Notes under the pieces: generated by a model
The model's input: only the letters and a program-made list of their open reading frames with translations
The model's database searches: none
Told to the model about the DNA's origin: nothing
Assembly (NCBI GenBank): GCA_040285825.1
Contig: JAUPSS010000004.1
Coordinates: 2,770,550 to 2,834,549 of the forward strand
Origin: Eukaryota sp. TZLM1-RC
Lineage: Eukaryota > Protista > Metamonada: BaSk clade
Direction: 5' to 3'
Length of the DNA: 64,000 nucleotides
Position numbers and translations under genes: made by a program
Shown: one piece after another, positions 30,579 to 42,300 of the stretch
How the letters are laid out: each line of letters opens with the position of its first letter
How positions within the stretch are numbered: position 1 is the stretch's first letter

Positions 30579-32814
30579 CTATCTTCTACACACATACTGA
30601 GGCCTTTCATTACCACTCACTCTAGCTTCAGTAATTGCAAACATATTCAGATGAGCCAGCTTTTCTCTATTGAGAAGCTTTGAGAAGCCTCTGTGACCGA
30701 GTTTACAACTCTCACTGTTACAAGCTAATAAACCATGACATGTAGTAATTGGAGTTTTTGTCTCTTATATAATCTGGGACTTGTTACTCTCAAAAACGTA
30801 GCAACCTTTTCAAAACAAACAGGACAATTCGCTGAAGTGAAAGCTTCATTAAGTCAAATCCATTTGTTTTCAGAAATTGAATCCATCCAATACCTCGGTC
30901 TTTGATGTTTCAAATTCTTGGAAACTTTTTACCATAATCACCCATTAGTATTAAAATGTCTTTTGGGTTACCAAACTGCTGAACAAGATTTTTTAACAAC
31001 CAACTTTCAATCTTTTGCTTGTTAATAAAAGCTTGCATTTTATGAATGCTCCACAAGTCAAGACTGTAAAGGTCAATTGTCAAAGAACTTGCCGAAGTTT
31101 TGCAACCACATAGTTGGAAAAATCTATAAAAGTTGCTGAATTAGTAGCAAACGGGGATTATTCGGTGTTTGCATCTTCAATTGTCATTTCGGTAGACTCT
31201 ATCATTTGGTTCCGGTCGTAATCTAGCTTAGTATACTTTGTCGCCCATCGTTTTTGTTTTTCCTTAATCCTACTTTTCAAGGACCAGGACATCTGAGTCA
31301 TTCTCAACCATTTGTACTTCTTGTCTTGATTCATCACCCGACTATTACTTTGTTGTTCAGTTTAATGTTCAAGCACCATGGCTACTTCTTGATCTGTTTT
31401 TTGCTCCCAAAATACCATAACTCACGTTTTCCAGGATCACAACCAACAATTCGTGTGCCTGAAAAAGTATCAACATGAACATAATCAATATATGAATCAG
31501 CAATACTAGTCTTGTTGTCTGGCTTACATTTCTGACCTCGTAAATCCCGACGAACAAATTCTACTGCAATATTAAATCCATCTGAGTGGATATTGTTGTT
31601 GAATTTATAAATCTTTTGTTTGAACATTGGTTGGTGTAAATCGTCAGCATTAGACCAACAATTTAATTGTTCAGGTGGTTTGAATCTATGGACTTGATCT
31701 TGAGTATTGACCATTTGTAATCTCTGTTTGGGCAACAAATCTTCAATTAATTTCTGTCTATTAATTGTCCATATTGTTCTTGTATCAATGGGAAAATATC
31801 CAGAGCCTGCAGTGGTAGAAACGTGAGAAAAATGATAAGGTTTTCTCTCTCTACTGGAAATATATTGGGCAGTTTTAATTGCCGGTTTTAAGAATATTTG
31901 ATGATCTTTTTCAACAGCGTCTGCAAGAAAGTGTACATCCACTGGAAATATGTTATCAACTAAATTCTTGTCAGTGACGAAATTCTCAATTAGACAAGTA
32001 AATGGCTCAATAAGACCTTCAAAGAGATCTCTAAGTTCATTATTTCTTATATCATGTTGTTCACATAAGTCGAAAATTTTATCATTCAGAAGGTCTGAAA
32101 TTTTTTCTGGATGATGAAACAAAGAACAATCTCTATCTTCAACTAAACACAAGTTTTTGAACTGACGAAGGCTAAATCTATATAGTGAAATAATTGTAGA
32201 TAATGGCGTTGAGTATCCAACCAGCTTGTGCTCTTCTGCTAACACATTTTCCACATCTGGTTTGTCAAAATAAACATTGATAAATCGATTAATATGTTTT
32301 TCATATTTAGTTTCAAATTATTTTCAAAATTGGCAAACATTTCTGGGGCCATATACTCAGGTGGTATATTGAAGTCATCAGTTGGACATTGTGGAAACTG
32401 TTCAGGCATGTGTCTTAAGTGATCAAGATAACTCAATGTTTTTAACTTTTGTTACTCAAAGGTAGTCCTTAAAGTATAAACTTTCTCACCATAAGCAAAG
32501 TCTTCAAAAAAAATTTTGTATAAATGCACTTCTTAGTTTTACCATTTTTGCCCGTGATACTCAGCTGAAATATATCGAATTCTGGCCATTAATGATTCAT
32601 ATAATTTGGCAGATATTTGTGGTAGCAGTAAATTACGTTCAAATCGGAACTGTAAATACAGCTTCAAGCAACCTGTAGTATGAATTCGTAATTGTTGAAT
32701 TTTTGATGCAGTTTCTTTTAATTTGAATATCACATTTAAATGTTCAACCATTGAATTGACGGTTGCACAAATGGTTTTATAAGATGGCAAAATGAACTTA
32801 TCTTTTTGAAACAA
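30579..32814 (-). pseudogene. Fanzor1 (TnpB-like RuvC nuclease) pseudogene, copy 2, near full length
   Basis: N-terminal HTTGCLKLYL..LPQI; FNNNIHSDG; IVGCDPGKREL (RuvC-I); AFINKQK, LMGDY; NEAFTSANCPVC (RuvC-II + Zn); HGLLAC; LNREKLAHLNM (RuvC-III position); RPQYVCRR*. Several stops and frameshifts. Confidence 0.85.
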
Positions 32815-32976
32815 TACAAAAAGTTTCAGATACAGAATACAATCTTGAAGCCCTTATTGAATTGAATTTATGGGAAATCAAGTAAATCAGTAGAACAACT
32901 TTTATCCTTAAAGGTGGTCTTTTGGTTGAATACTGTCAACAACCAAAATTTCATTACAAATAGTAAACAAGCTACC

Positions 32977-34010
32977 AGATGTAGAAAAATGGAGTCGATG
33001 CTTGCCCCAATCATTCAATGGCAATATTCCAGAAAAGAATCTTTTAAATGTAAAATACACTCTTCGAACATTACAGAAACGATTGACTGGAATGTATGAA
33101 AATGATCTTTATAATATATGCAGCTCGGCTGTTTTAAATCAAGATCTTCACTCATTGTTATTGGAAAAGGGTGTTTGTGAAAATAAGTCATCGGATTCTT
33201 CACTTTTTGTAACCATTGTACCACGAAGATTTGGATTGTGTGCCACTAATGAAGCTTTTGTAACAAAAATGAGATTACATTTGGATATCCCCATTAATCA
33301 ATTATTATCAAAAGAAGAATGTATTTGTTCGAATTCACCTCAACTCACCTTGCGCCATGCTCTGAATTGTTCTAAATTGATAACTTATCGTTCTTCATTA
33401 CATGATGCTGTTAGAGACACTGTTTTTAATATGACACAAACTGCAAGAATATCGTGTATCAAAGAGCCTCTGCTGAAGGAAACACTTTCTCTGAATAGTT
33501 TTGGTTCTGATAATAGAGGTGATGTATACTGTGATTGGATTGATAATTCTGAAGCTATTGATGACTTTGACTCATGTAATGTAGCAAATGATACTTTGGT
33601 TCACAGAAGAAAACTTAATCCTGTGAGTGCTCTTGATTTTAAAGCAAAAGAAAAACATAGAATATATGATAAAGATATTGAAGAGGCTAATGCTGATAGA
33701 AATACAGAGCTGGTTTTTATCGCTTTCCCATTTTCGATAAACGGAAGATTATCAGTTGAAGCAGAAACTTTTTTGAATGACTTCCAAAAAATGGTTCAAG
33801 AAAAAACAATGAAAAGATTTGATATTTTTTTGGCATTCTCGAATTCAATTTGCCATTATTAATAGATTGCCTCGGTTTTTTAATCGAATAAGAGAAGCTT
33901 TAGCTAGACAGCAAGCAGATCAAGATTTTGTAGAGGAAATCTTGGTTCAATGATAGTCGTCCCATTAGTTATGAGTTAATTTAATTAAGTGTGCAAATTC
34001 AATAAATATT
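32977..34010 (+). mobile_element. Family A non-LTR, 5'-truncated
   Basis: ORF 33002-33862 matches the family A C-terminus; family 3' UTR ending in CAATAAAT. Confidence 0.92.
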
Positions 34011-34344
34011 AGATATTTTTGCTTTCAGACAAATTATTGAATTTCAACTGGAAACTGAAACCATTATATATAAATCAAGATAATTCACCAGATTCAGATA
34101 ATTTACCCACTATTATCATCAATACTTTCCATTATGTACTTTCCATTTGGAATTTCCACTATAAAAACTGAGCCTTCGAACTGCAAGGTGCATCAATAGA
34201 GCGTTCCTCGATTGCATCAGACCAAGAAATCTCACCTCGTATTTCTAATCTATTCATATCAATATAAAAGAAACCTAGATTCAGGTTTGTTATAGTATCC
34301 TTGATACTTTTAACGTGAAAAATAAAAAAAAATCTACAAAAAAT

Positions 34345-35520
34345 TTACAACAATGGATTTACAAAAACATCATCGATCAGATCATAATCATTAAATTCTG
34401 GTGAATAAAAAGTCCCATGCCATAAACGACATCTATGACCCACAGTAGGACAATCAATCAAGATCACATCATCAATACCATCATCATCAAAATCAACTGC
34501 CGTTACCGCTATACTTGCACTATTCGGAATGTCAAACTTCCCCTTAAAAGACTGAGAAAAGTCAAAATTACCCAGAGTCCAGTCTCCACCACTACTCACC
34601 AGCAAATACCACCACTGATTGTCAATCTTGAACGCAGTATTTGTAGCTTGATGAGAGGCCGAGGGCATATTAACCAGCCTGTCATTTAGATGCGAAAGTT
34701 CTCCCTTTGAGGTTATACACAACTCCATCTGAGTTTCCCCTTGAAAAACTCGCAAGAGATGGGAATTTGGACAATGTTGTTCTTCCTTCTCAATAGAAGC
34801 AACGACGCCTCTCCTCGGACCACTACTCCTAGCAGAGGTTGATCTCCAGAAAGAGGGACCTTCTATAACATCAGAGAATGTTCCATCTTGGTTAATATCA
34901 CGCAAAATCCAAGTCTTAATGTTAATATGCGGTCTCCATCGCTCACTGTTGCAAAAGGTACCATTGTTGGGACCGCATCGGCTCTGATGGCAATATCCAG
35001 TAGCTGAAACTACTACAACATCAAGCTTACCATTGTTATTAAGATCAGTTGCAACAAATGCCTGAGCTTCAGCCCAATCGCGGTAATAATGAGTGTATCT
35101 CCAGCTACTACTCCAATAACTGGTCCTGCAGGTAGTCCGGACTCGGTCAGATTCAATTGAGAAAGTATTGCGATGGTATTCTGAATATCCAGAGCTTCTG
35201 ACTGGATGAAAACCACTAACTCCTTGCCATGTTCTAGGACCTGCAGTAATGTCATAGATAACACGGTGAGAGAATGTAATCTCGTGATTGTAATCAGAGT
35301 TACCAAATGATCTGGTACCAGACCTCGTGTTGGCAGTAGCATAAAATACAATTGCATCCAAGTGATCATTGGAGTCCACTTTTCCAGTTACAACATGTAC
35401 AATACGGTTTGAATGAAGATTGGGCAATTCAGGTTCTAAGAGATGATTTTCTGAGAGTACAAAGTGTGAAGATGCACAGACAAGCGTAGATAGAATACAG
35501 AAGAGGGAAAGCTTCAGCAT
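34345..35520 (-). CDS. Secreted FG-GAP/VCBS-like repeat protein, paralogue 2
   Basis: Signal peptide MLKLSLFCILSTLVCAS; largely identical to 29352-30539. Confidence 0.78.
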   Translation of the reverse strand: MLKLSLFCILSTLVCASSHFVLSENHLLEPELPNLHSNRIVHVVTGKVDSNDHLDAIVFYATANTRSGTRSFGNSDYNHEITFSHRVIYDITAGPRTWQGVSGFHPVRSSGYSEYHRNTFSIESDRVRTTCRTSYWSSSWRYTHYYRDWAEAQAFVATDLNNNGKLDVVVVSATGYCHQSRCGPNNGTFCNSERWRPHINIKTWILRDINQDGTFSDVIEGPSFWRSTSARSSGPRRGVVASIEKEEQHCPNSHLLRVFQGETQMELCITSKGELSHLNDRLVNMPSASHQATNTAFKIDNQWWYLLVSSGGDWTLGNFDFSQSFKGKFDIPNSASIAVTAVDFDDDGIDDVILIDCPTVGHRCRLWHGTFYSPEFNDYDLIDDVFVNPLL

Positions 35521-35609
35521 TGGTCTGAAGTTAGGTAATGAATGAAATGATTCTTAGTTCAATAAAAACTCTATAAAAAACTAAAAAATGGAGTTTCGTC
35601 ATATTGCAG

Positions 35610-37742
35610 GTTCTGGACGTTTACACAATATTTTCTCAGATTGCTGCTTTAATAGATTTAATGAAAAAGAAAAAAAATTGGTATCGTTCATATACTGAAT
35701 TAATACCACTGATGGAATTGCTTCAGCAATGTTTGCTACAGATGTTTTATTTCATCAAAATGAATCCAATGTTTGTATCTTCGTGGATTTTGGCGATGCC
35801 TTTAATTCAATTCATCGGTGCAGTCTTCATGGTGCTTTGTTGAATTACTTGCCGAAATGTTGCCTTGTTTTCAAACAACATATTGCACAACTTCTGTTTT
35901 GCGTTTTGATGATTCCATTTTGAAATCATCCAATAATGTAAAGCAAGGAGATCCTTTAGGACCTCTTTTGTTTTGTCTGACCATTCATCCATTTTGATTA
36001 CAAATTCAAGCAATGTTTCCTTCTTTAATGATGATTGCTTATATGCATCACGTTGTTGTTATAAGTGACTTAACGATTGTTCGAAAGCAACTTTATGTTT
36101 TAAAGAATTTTTCAACAAAATTGGCCTTCAACTTCACTTACTTAAATGTGTTTTACTTTCAAATTCTCCAGTTTCAAAAATAGTTTGATGGCATAGAAAT
36201 TCAAGCCAAGTTAAATTCAACTGATGCTGTTTGTCATTTGGGTTCGTTTTCAGGAAATAATGATGAAATTACCAAAAAATTGTTTGATAAGTTGAACTCA
36301 ATTTCCGACAAAATTGACCAAATGATGAAATTGAATGTGCATAAACATATCAAGTTTACCATTATAAGACTTTGTTTCAATCCCAACTTGGAAAAGACTC
36401 AGATTTAATTTATAATTCATTTTCTTTAAAATCATTTTCTGGTGTGAAACATGGTGATCCCTTAGGCCCTCTGTTGTTTTGTTCAGCTATTCACAAAACT
36501 TCAAATATCATCAGGCAAAAATATTCTTCTCTAAAAATAGTTGCTTATATGGATGATATATCCCTGATTGGTTCATTTGAGTTACTACAATTGGTTCCTC
36601 AAAACAATTCCCGACTCATATGAAAATATTGGGCTTCATCTCAATGCGAGCAAATGTTTCCTAATTGGTTCTTCTCCTTAAAGTTTTCAATTTTCAAAAA
36701 TTTCAAAAATCTATGTAGAAAAATGGAATTGATGTTTTCTCAATCATTCAATGGCAATTTTCGCGAAAAAGTTATTTAAATTCAAGATACACTCTTCGAA
36801 CATTACAGAAACGACTGAATGGAATGTATGAAAATGATCTTTATAAAAATATATGCAGCTTGCCTGCTTTAAATCATGTTCTCCACTCATTGTCAATTGA
36901 AAAAAGTGTTTGTGAAAACCAGTCATCAATTACTTCACTGTTTGTAACCATTGTGCCACGAAGATTTAAACTGTGTGCTAATAATGACGCGTTTGTAACA
37001 AAAATGAGATTATATTTGAATTTTCCCATTAATCAATTATTATTAAAAAAATGAATTTGTTCGACTTCACCGCAACTCACGTTGTGATATGCTCTGAATT
37101 GTTTGAAATTGAAAACTCATCGTTCTTCATTACATGATGCTGTTAGAGACACTGTTTTCAATATGGCACAAATTGCAAGAATATCGTTTATCAAAGAGCC
37201 TCTGCTGAAGGAAACACTTTCTCTGAATAATTTTGGTTCTTATGAAAGAGGTGATGTATACTGTGATTGGATTGGTAATTCTGAAGCTATTGTTGAGTTT
37301 GTCTCATGTAATGTTGCAAATGATACTTTGGTTCACAGAAGAAAACTTAATCCTGTAAGTGATCTTGATTTTAAAGCCAAAGAAAAACATAGAAAATATG
37401 ATAAAGATATTGAAGAGGCTAATGCTGATAGAAATAGACAGCTGGTTTTTATTGCTTTTTCATTTTCTGTAAACGGAAGACTATCAGTAGAAGCAGGAAT
37501 TTTTTGAATGAGTTTTCAAAAAATGGTTCAAGAACAAACAATGAAGAGATTTGATATTTTTTATGGCGTTCTCGAATTCAATTTGCCATATTTAATAGAT
37601 TGCCTCGGTTTTTCAATCAAATTAGAGAAACTTTAGCGAGACAGCCAGTAGATCAAGATTTTGTAGAGGAAATCATGGTTCAATGAATTTCGTCCCATTA
37701 GTTATGATTTAATTTTGTTAAGTGTGCAAGTTTAATAAATAT
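35610..37742 (+). mobile_element. Degenerate family A non-LTR copy with an embedded RT fragment of another family (~36385-36680)
   Basis: DFGDAFNS and KQGDPLGP remnants; a second GVKHGDPLGP/AYMDD segment; RLE ORF 37103-37507 and family 3' UTR. Confidence 0.82.
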
Positions 37743-38256
37743 TATGTAAATGAATAGACTTTTGCTTTGAAGTTTATTTGCACGAAACAACTTCCACCAA
37801 GCACAACAATTTTCTCTGTTGTTTAAACTGAAAGTCAAAGGGAAGTTGAAGACGACAAGAGATAGTGATGATACCTTAAGAAAGGCCAAAGAACAACACA
37901 AAATACGACAAACCTAGTGTATCTTCTTTTTTTTTCAGAACAAATAAACTTTTTTGAAATAGAGCTCCAATGATCGTTTTACAACTGATAGAATAAAAGA
38001 AAAAAATGTCTCTTTCAACCAGGCATATACCAACCCATTTTTTTTCTTCTATTTTTTTTAACTTTAAATTTATTACTTTCAAAAAACTAAACACAAAAAT
38101 TAAAATTCTAAATCTTCATATCCAAAATCAGAAAACAAAAATTGACTGGATTTTTCCTTCTATTCGTCTACGATATTGCTTCTATTCTACATTTTATTCA
38201 TTCACTACATTGGTAATGAATGTGGTATGTCTTGAAGAGCTTCTAAGTATCCAAGT

Positions 38257-39998
38257 ATTTATTGAATTTGCACACTTAATTAAATTAACTCAATACTAAT
38301 GGGACGACTATCTTTGAACCAAGATTTCCTCTACAAAATCTTGATCTCCTTGCTGTCTAGCTAAAGCTTCTCCTATTCGATTGAAAAACCGTGGTAATCT
38401 ATTAATAATGGCAAATTGAATCCGTGAACGCCATAAAAAATATCAAATCTTTTCATTGTTTTTTCTTGAACCATTATTTGGAAGTCATTCAAAAAAAGTT
38501 TCTACTTCATCTGTTAATCTTCAATTCATCGAAAATGGGAAAGCAATAAAAACCAGCTGTGTATGTCTACCAGCATTAGCCTCTTCAATAACTTTATCAT
38601 ATTTTCTATGTTTTACTTTTGCTTTAAAATCAAGAGCACTCACAGGATTAAGTTTTCTTCTGTGAACCAAAGCATCATTTGCAACATTACATGAGACAAA
38701 GTCAACAACAGCTTCAGAATTATCAATCCAATCACAGTATACATCACCTCTATCATCAAAACCAAAATTATTCAGAGAAAGTGCTTCCTTCATCAGGGGC
38801 TCTTTGATACACGATATTCTTGCAGTTTGTGCCATATTGACAACAGTGTCTCTAACAGCATCATGTAATAAAGAAGTTATTAATTTAGAGCAATTCAGAG
38901 CATGGCGCAAAGTGAGTTGAGGTGAATTCGAACAAATACATTTTTTGATAATAATTGATTAATGGGGATGTTCAAATATAATCTCATTTTTGTTACAAAT
39001 GCATCATTAGTGACACACAATCCAAATCTTCGTGGTACAATGGTTACAACAAGTGCAGAATCTGATGACTTATTTTCACAAACACCCTTTTCCAATAACA
39101 ATGAGTGAAGATCTTGATTTAAAACAGCCGAGCTGCATATATTATTATAAAGATCTTTTTCATACATTCCAGTCAATCGTTTCTGTAATTTTCGAAGAGT
39201 GTACTTCAAATTTAAAACATTTTTTTCTGGAATATTGCCATTAAATGATTGGGGAAAGCATCGACCCCATTTTTTTACATCAATTTTTGAAATTTCTTCA
39301 TTTAATGCGAAAACAGTGGAACTTTGCGTTGTTATCAATAAATCTTCCCAATCTGCAAATCTTTCAAAAAACTCAACGATTGCATTTCTGCATCCACCAA
39401 CAAAAGCACACGAGGTAAGAATAGAAGCCTTAGTCCACCCTAAACCGCCATAATGTGGACTAAGGTAAGCATGATCTGGAATTTGGAACATTTTACATCC
39501 CAATAATTGTGACAGAACTTTTGCACGTAATTCATTAAACTTTTGAGCCAAAGGTCTAGTGACAAGAGGATTTGTAGATCGAAATATATGATTAAAATTG
39601 GAACTAAAACACAGTCTTATAATGGTAAATTTGATGTGTTTTTTTATATCTAAATTCATCATTCGGTCAATTTATCAGAAATTGAATTCAACTTTTCAAA
39701 CAATTTTTTGGTAATTTCATCATTATTTCCTAAAAACGAACCCAAATGACGAATAGCATCAATTGAATATAATTTGGCTTGAATTTCAATACCATCAACT
39801 ATTGTGGAAACTGGAGAATTCGATAACAAAACACATTTAAGTAAATTAAGTCGGAGACCAATTTTGGTAAATAATTCTTTAAAACATACAGTTGCTTGTT
39901 TCACAATATTTAAATCACCAATAAGCACAACATCATCCATATATGCAATCATTTTTAGTGAAGGAAACATCTCTTGAATTTGCAGTAAAATAGGATGA
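38257..39998 (-). mobile_element. Family A non-LTR, 5'-truncated, frameshifted
   Basis: ORFs 39659-39970, 38895-39662 and 38521-38910 are collinear with the 48346-50190 ORF. Confidence 0.93.
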
Positions 39999-40722
39999 AA
40001 TAGTAAAATAGAGCTTCTCTAATGCATTTTAATAAATTTATTCAAAACAGAAATTATATGAAACAGACTATTCCCAACAATATACGATAATTCGGTATAA
40101 ATGCTACCAACTACAACAATAATAGTGTGTTATACCATCACTTGAAAAAAAATAGTGTCGTTGGTGTGGTTTAGCACCAAAAGTTATCGAAGTAGGGGAC
40201 TGAAACCAATGGCACAATGTCTGAGGCGAAAATGATATAGACAATAAAAAAAGAATTGGTGATTCCAGCCAAGTAGTTATTGGAATCGGAGAGCGGGAAC
40301 ATTGAAAACACATAAAATTCAAAGAAGCTACCAAAGGAAAAAATTTGAGAATATTCTTCAAAAAAGGCTGGTTATAAGAACCTTTTAATTGATGCATTTC
40401 AAACCAGTTGCAGCTGTTTCAATTGGAAGAAAGCAGAGAAAACAGTTGAAACACTTGGATGGTGCTGAAATCCCAGGCCATGGAAAAAGCATGGAATGTC
40501 TGTTCAACACGGACTTACCATGTCTAAATCATGGGAAAGTTTGTGAAAAAGGGATCGAATTGTATCGTTAAAGATGATGACCGTAATGGAAGCACATGTA
40601 AATACCAGAGATAGACCGAAATCCCTAAAGAGACTAATGGATGATAAAGGTATCAAGAAAATGTTGCAAAAACTCAATCCTTCAACATCATTATTCCATT
40701 GTTATAGACATTATCTGTTAGA

Positions 40723-42300
40723 ATGGCACCTAAAAAGAAGGCCCCTACTTTGGGCCAGCCAGCAACTAAAAAGTCAAAGAAAGCATCAGATGATGGTCTT
40801 ACAGAAGACTACAAACGTCTTGCCCAAGAATCCGATGTTCTTAGGGCGGAAGCTAGAGCTAATGGTATCTATTCCGGTTTTAAACCCACTAGTGATACGA
40901 TCTCTCCCAATAATGTAATTATGGGCTGTGATGGGGCTGATATCATCAAGAAGAAGTCATCTGGAAAACGCAACAAGTTCCTTGTCATACTTCCTGGTAG
41001 ATTAGGTTGTTTGAACAAAGCTGCGGGGTCCATAGGTCGTATTACTCGTATGGATACTCCATGTCCTTTAATGTATCTTTCTTTTCCTAATGGTGAACTT
41101 AAACTTGAAGGTTCGTTTGTGTACCCCCGGAATCGATATCTCAGGCTTAATTTAACCAAAGATGTTATCGCTGAAGAAGTTTTTGATGTATTATTAGTAT
41201 TTTCTCGGGCCTATTGGATAGGTGACCGTGACAGCAACCCAGACGAAGATCCTCTTCCGTTTCCTGATCATGATAATGTATCTGCCCTGCAAAAAAACAT
41301 CCCATTTTCATCCTCTAATGTAGGAGTTTGTTCTGAACACTTTGGAGTCTCCAGTAATTCCACCACTACGAGACGTTCCATGAAAAATAATAAGCCTAGT
41401 CACAAAAAGGTTGTTGAAGCAATGGAGGAGGACGAATCTGAGGATGATATTGTAATACTGGAGTCTTCAGAGAGTGAAGTACCTTCGCCACCCAAAAGAG
41501 TTGCTCGTAAAAAGGCTGCCGTCAAAGATTTCTCTGAAAGTTCTGACGAAGAACCTTCGCCACTCAAAAGAGTTGCTCGTAAAAAGGCTGCCGTCAAAGA
41601 TTTCTCTGAAAGTTCTGACGAAGAACCTTCGCCACCCAAAAGAGTTGCTCGCAAAAAGGCTGCCGTCAAAGATTTCTCTGAAAGTTCTGACGAAGAACCT
41701 TCGCCACCCAAAAGAGTTGCTGGTAAAAAGGCTGCCGTCAAAGATTTCTCTGAAAGTTCTGACGAAGAACCTTCGCCACCCAAAAGAGTTGCTCGCAAAA
41801 AGGCTGCCGTCAAAGATTTCTCTGAAAGTTCTGACGAAGAACCTTCGCCACCCAAAAGAGTTGCTCGTAAAAAGGCTGCCGTCCAAGATTTCTCTGAAAG
41901 TTCTGACGAAGAACCTTCGCCACCCAAAAGAGTTGCTCGCAAAAAGGCTGCCGTCAAAGATTTCTCTGAAAGTTCTGACGAAGAACCTTCGCCACCCAAA
42001 AGAGTTGCTCGCAAAAAGGCTGCCGTCAAAGATTTCTCTGAAAGTTCTGACGATATACCTACACCACCCAGAAAAGCCAAACCTACTAAAAAAGCTACCA
42101 AACAGTCTAATCGGAAACCAGAATCAGAAGTTGAACTAATAAGCTCTTCATCTGAGGATGAAGGAGTTCCAAATACTGCTATGGCTCTTTTACAGAAAAT
42201 TAAGTCACAAGCTGCCTCCAAATCAAAAGCAGCAAAATATACACAACCAAAACTATCATTTCCAAAGAAGACAGTCAATTCTGAATCTGATTCAGTGTAA
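40723..42300 (+). CDS. RHL1: RHL1-like DNA-binding protein (topoisomerase VI accessory subunit)
   Basis: NKFLVILPG..IG..P.MYLSFPNGELKLEG..VYPRNRYL..F..LLVFS..WIG....NPDE..L.FP matches my recollection of the plant RHL1 core; repeat-rich charged tail. Confidence 0.8.
   Translation: MAPKKKAPTLGQPATKKSKKASDDGLTEDYKRLAQESDVLRAEARANGIYSGFKPTSDTISPNNVIMGCDGADIIKKKSSGKRNKFLVILPGRLGCLNKAAGSIGRITRMDTPCPLMYLSFPNGELKLEGSFVYPRNRYLRLNLTKDVIAEEVFDVLLVFSRAYWIGDRDSNPDEDPLPFPDHDNVSALQKNIPFSSSNVGVCSEHFGVSSNSTTTRRSMKNNKPSHKKVVEAMEEDESEDDIVILESSESEVPSPPKRVARKKAAVKDFSESSDEEPSPLKRVARKKAAVKDFSESSDEEPSPPKRVARKKAAVKDFSESSDEEPSPPKRVAGKKAAVKDFSESSDEEPSPPKRVARKKAAVKDFSESSDEEPSPPKRVARKKAAVQDFSESSDEEPSPPKRVARKKAAVKDFSESSDEEPSPPKRVARKKAAVKDFSESSDDIPTPPRKAKPTKKATKQSNRKPESEVELISSSSEDEGVPNTAMALLQKIKSQAASKSKAAKYTQPKLSFPKKTVNSESDSV
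41479..42054 (+). repeat. Coding minisatellite, 8 x 72 bp (EPSPPKRVARKKAAVKDFSESSDE)
   Basis: Unit starts at 41479, 41551, 41623 ... 41983; few substitutions. Confidence 0.95.

Noticed and set aside
29352-35520. Diversity-generating retroelement acting on the FG-GAP paralogues
   Set aside because: Differences include indels and are not visibly adenine-specific; nearby RTs are non-LTR or Gypsy types; no template repeat seen.
38236-40018. AGAGCTTCT as TSD of the 38257-39998 copy
   Set aside because: The 9-mer is offset from both element ends by about 10 unexplained bases; not convincing.
41479-42054. CRISPR-like array
   Set aside because: Head-to-tail 72-bp repeats with no unique spacers, in frame within a gene; the overlapping alternative-frame ORFs are by-products.
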